Positions 26,941 through 29,863 of a stretch of DNA of 29,863 nucleotides are shown in pieces (the stretch's first letter is position 1; every line of letters begins with the position of its first letter). The position numbers and the translations under genes were made by a program. Source of the stretch: Armatimonadota bacterium (GTDB lineage: Bacteria > Armatimonadota > SYMT01); contig JBKBRF010000068.1 of assembly GCA_046292385.1 (NCBI GenBank), positions 1 through 29,863 of the forward strand, read 5' to 3'. The notes beneath the pieces are model-generated. The model searched no databases, had not been told where the DNA came from, and worked only from the letters and a program-made list of their open reading frames with translations.

Positions 26941-28301
26941 GCCTCACCTCCCGCCAGGATCTGCACCGCCAGCACGTGCTTGCAAGGCCCGCGCTCGCCC
27001 CCGTGCTTCGACCACCACGGGCAGGTGCAGCGCGCCCCGTGGGCGTCGAGGCGGACCCGGTGCTCCACCCCGCTCCCGCGGACCCACGCCTCCACGCCGG
27101 CTTCGTCCTCGCGAGTCAGCTCCACGCCGCCCTCCGCCAGCAGCTTCCGGGCGTCCCGCAGGCGCGGGTGGAGCGCCTCGATCCGGTCGTAGTCGTACGG
27201 AAGCTCCCGGTGGAAGAAGGCGCCCTCGGCGAGGTCGTAGCCGACCACCCCGGAGGCGCCGAGGCGGGCCAGAGCGCGCCGGACCGCCGCCGGCTCCAGG
27301 CCGCATTCGCGCGCGAGGCTCTCCGCGTCGAGACGAGATTGCCATCGCAGCGCGGCGCGGACTCGCGCGGTCTCCCGCTCCCCTTCCGCGGCGGAAAGCT
27401 CGTCCAGCACCTGTCCCTCGCCGGAGAAGCCGCGCCACACCTCCGGGCTGAGGACCAGGTGGAAGCGGGCGTCGTCCAGCTCCAGCTCCCAGCCGCTCGC
27501 CTCGGTGTCGTCTCCCGCGTAGACCCGCAGCCGGCGGGCATGCCGCGCCAGGTCGTCCAGCACCAGCAGCCGCTCCACCCCCGCCACCCGCACCGCACCC
27601 CGTCCGGCGACCTGGCTCAGCCGCAGCCCGCTGCCGGAGCCGGCGACGTAGGCCGGTCGCCCGTGGGTGCCGGAGCGGGGCAGACCGCGCAGGAACCGGC
27701 GCGTCTCCGCACCGCTCACCTCGAAGCGGCGGGTGAGCCGCGCCTGGTGCGCCTGCGCCTCTACGAAGCCTTTCAGCCAGCGCACCGGCAGCGGCACCTT
27801 CCGCTCCACCGTCTCGCCCGTCGCCCGGGAGAGCTCCACCTCCTCCGCGCCGACCGAGAGCCGCACCGTCTCCCGCTCCCGGATGCCGGCGAGCGCCGCC
27901 CGCATCGGCGCGTTGAAGTCGACGTTGGTGGTGCCGTGCGCCAGCAGCGCCCCGTCGAGTGCGGGCGGCAGCAGGTCGACCCGCGCGTAGACCCCGCAGC
28001 AGGATGAGAACCCCTCCAGCCGCACCCGGTCCTCGCTGCAGGTGACCACGGGATCGGACTCCGCGATGAGGCGGGCCAGCATCGCCGGCGGCACGTGGAA
28101 GCACGTCCGCACCACCCGCGCCAGCGCCAGGAGCAGATCGGCGGTGCGCCGCGGCTGGCAGAGCGTGCCCCGGAAGAAGAGCGGCGAGCCCGCCGCCGGG
28201 GCGGAAGTGGTCGCCAGGAAGAGCCGCTCCAGCGCGCCGTCGACCACGAGCGCGGAGGGCTGCGAGTAGCGGTAGACGTAGTCGAGAGCGACGGTGGACA
28301 T
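26937..28301 (-). CDS. SWIM zinc-finger family protein
   Basis: C-terminal CTC-x12-CKH SWIM motif; conserved 'DPVVT', 'FSSCCGVYARVD', 'GTTNVDFN', 'LPVRWLKGF', 'RGFSGEG', 'FHRELP'. Confidence 0.92.
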   Translation of the reverse strand: MSTVALDYVYRYSQPSALVVDGALERLFLATTSAPAAGSPLFFRGTLCQPRRTADLLLALARVVRTCFHVPPAMLARLIAESDPVVTCSEDRVRLEGFSSCCGVYARVDLLPPALDGALLAHGTTNVDFNAPMRAALAGIRERETVRLSVGAEEVELSRATGETVERKVPLPVRWLKGFVEAQAHQARLTRRFEVSGAETRRFLRGLPRSGTHGRPAYVAGSGSGLRLSQVAGRGAVRVAGVERLLVLDDLARHARRLRVYAGDDTEASGWELELDDARFHLVLSPEVWRGFSGEGQVLDELSAAEGERETARVRAALRWQSRLDAESLARECGLEPAAVRRALARLGASGVVGYDLAEGAFFHRELPYDYDRIEALHPRLRDARKLLAEGGVELTREDEAGVEAWVRGSGVEHRVRLDAHGARCTCPWWSKHGGERGPCKHVLAVQILAGGEA

Positions 28302-28490
28302 GGAAGCGCCCCGGAGAGTGCGGCAACGTTCGGTTACCGCTGCCGCCGCCTGCTTCCTTCAACCTGAGCGGCTGGACCTTACCCGCGGCAGATTGGGGCG
28401 CTAAACTGCTCCGGCAGACCGTTTCCGATTCACCTGCTCTGCGAGTCTTTCTGGATGCGTGCCGGCCGGCAGATTAGCGCTCCGGCGCGG

Positions 28491-28609
28491 CCTCACCCCC
28501 GGCCCCTCTCCTGAGAGGAGAGGGGAGCTGTCGGTGTGGAGCCAGCCTGCTCCCCCTTCCACGTCAGGGAAGGTTTGTCCTCCGAACGGGGGAGGGCTGG
28601 GGGGTTAGG
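28491..28609. repeat. REP-like CCTCACCCCCGGCCCCTCTCC...GGAGAGGGG element with a degenerate inverted partner
   Basis: Hairpin CCCCTCTCCT-gag-AGGAGAGGGG (28503-28525). 28588-28609 reverse-complements to CCTAACCCCCCAGCCCTCCCCC, resembling 28491-28511. Confidence 0.75.
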
Positions 28610-28683
28610 CCGCGTGAGAGGTAGTCGCAGCCACATTTCATCGTCACGGGTGACCTGGTCAGGTCATCGTCACCTCTCGCTGT

Positions 28684-29583
28684 ATGTTCCACCGACTCTG
28701 GCGCGCCCCGGCGCTGCTGCTCGCTCTGGCGACCCTCTTCTGGTCCGGCAATTTCGTGGTCGGGCGCGCGGTGCAGGCGGCGGTGCCGCCGGTGGCGCTG
28801 GCGTTCTGGCGCTGGACCGGGGCGCTCCTGCTGGTGCTGGTATTCGCGTGGCCGCACCTGCGGCAGGACCTGCCGGCGCTGCGCCGGAGCTGGCCGCTGA
28901 TGCTGGTGCTCTCCGGCCTCGGGGTCGCGGCGTTCAACACGCTGGTCTACCTGGGGCTGCACTCCACTACCGTGACCAACGGCGTGCTGCTGCAGTCGAC
29001 CATGCCGCTGCTCATCCTGCTCGGCTCCTACCTGATCTTCCGGGAGCGGGTGCGGCCGGTACAGCTCGCGGCGGTGGCAATCTCGCTGGCGGGAGTGGTC
29101 GCGATTGTGGCGAAGGGCTCCCTGGAGGTGCTGCGGGAGTTCGCGTTCAACCCCGGCGACGCGCTGATCTTCCTCGCCGTCTGCGGCTACGCCGTCTACT
29201 CCGTGCTGCTGCGCAAGCGGCCGGAGGTACGGCCGCTCAGCTTTATCGCCGCCACCTTCGCGCTCGGCGCGGCGATGCTGCTGCCGCTCTACCTGTGGGA
29301 GCACTTCCGCGTGGAGCCGCTGCGTCCCGGCGGCGAGGCGCTCGCGGCGATCGGCTACGTGGCGGTCTTCCCCTCGCTGCTCTCCTACCTCTGCTTCAAC
29401 CGCGCGGTGGAGCTGATCGGCGCCAACCGGACCGGCCAGTACCTCCACTTGATGCCGGTCTTCGGCAGCCTCCTGGCGTGGCTCTTCCTGGGGGAGCGGC
29501 TGCACGGCTACCACCTCGCCGGCATCGCCCTGATCGGGGCGGGGATCGTGCTGGCGAGCCGGGCTCGCCCCGGCTCGAAGTAG
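28684..29583 (+). CDS. DMT/EamA-family transporter
   Basis: About 10 hydrophobic helices; 'LFWSGNFVVGR', 'LAFWRW', 'GDAL', 'LMPVFG', 'LGE' EamA motifs. Confidence 0.95.
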   Translation: MFHRLWRAPALLLALATLFWSGNFVVGRAVQAAVPPVALAFWRWTGALLLVLVFAWPHLRQDLPALRRSWPLMLVLSGLGVAAFNTLVYLGLHSTTVTNGVLLQSTMPLLILLGSYLIFRERVRPVQLAAVAISLAGVVAIVAKGSLEVLREFAFNPGDALIFLAVCGYAVYSVLLRKRPEVRPLSFIAATFALGAAMLLPLYLWEHFRVEPLRPGGEALAAIGYVAVFPSLLSYLCFNRAVELIGANRTGQYLHLMPVFGSLLAWLFLGERLHGYHLAGIALIGAGIVLASRARPGSK

Positions 29584-29590
29584 CCGCTCC

Positions 29591-29740
29591 GAGTGGGAGA
29601 CAGCTGTTGCAGGTTCACAAGTTGGCAGGTTGCAGGCTGCAGGCTGCAGGTTGAGCTCCCCGGTGGGTGGGGTTCGGAACCTGAAACTTGCTAACCTGGA
29701 ACCTGCTAACCGCAGCGAAAGAGCGGATCTCCCACTCTCC
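29591..29740 (-). repeat. MITE-like / hairpin dispersed repeat, copy 2
   Basis: GAGTGGGAGA ... TCTCCCACTC(TCC) inverted ends; reverse complement aligns with 320-459. Confidence 0.8.
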
Positions 29741-29742
29741 CT

Positions 29743-29863
29743 GAGCTCTTGTCAATAGGTGTGTAAAAGCGGATCAGGCGGCGACCTTCTCCCACTCGCG
29801 TTCCGCTGCCCGCTCGCGGCTCATCGCCGCCAGGCACTTGGTGCGTTTCCCATCTTCAAACTC
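29743..29863 (-). mobile_element. Right end of a probable IS256-family insertion sequence (truncated by window edge)
   Basis: GAGCTCTTGTCAATAGGTGTGTAA resembles IS256-type terminal IRs. The minus-strand ORF tail ends 'EFEDGK...EKVAA*' 31 bp inside the end. Confidence 0.65.
29774..29863 (-). CDS. C-terminal 29 aa of a probable IS256-family transposase (partial)
   Basis: EFEDGKRTKCLAAMSRERAAEREWEKVAA*; an 'FxDG...AA*' ending is typical of one IS256 subgroup. Confidence 0.55.
   Translation of the reverse strand, partial: EFEDGKRTKCLAAMSRERAAEREWEKVAA

Overview
High-GC bacterial window, most likely Armatimonadota or a similar lineage. This is inferred from the '[35 protein letters not shown]...H-X9-DG' protein plus Planctomycete-like PQQ/GSDH-cytochrome proteins. 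Core or ordinary genes: cytochrome c, K+ channel, 3-methyladenine glycosylase, tRNA-Leu(UAA), MacB-type permease, miaB, a lipoprotein, a PQQ beta-propeller and an EamA transporter. Accessory or unusual content: (1) a lower-GC block (~9.7-14.3 kb) ending in a stand-alone OLD/PARIS-like ABC-ATPase-TOPRIM nuclease with a G10 tract in its ABC signature, followed by a gene remnant; (2) an AbrB + gamma-carbonic-anhydrase + CBM9-like triple fusion; (3) a coupled SWIM-finger / DUF6493-like / DUF6717-like operon; (4) a 911-aa secreted protein with a large internal duplication; (5) a ~140-150 bp hairpin MITE-like element present twice, at both ends of the window, plus three other inverted-repeat families; (6) the end of an IS256-family element 2 bp from the second copy. 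All family calls come from motif recognition by eye, not from database searches.
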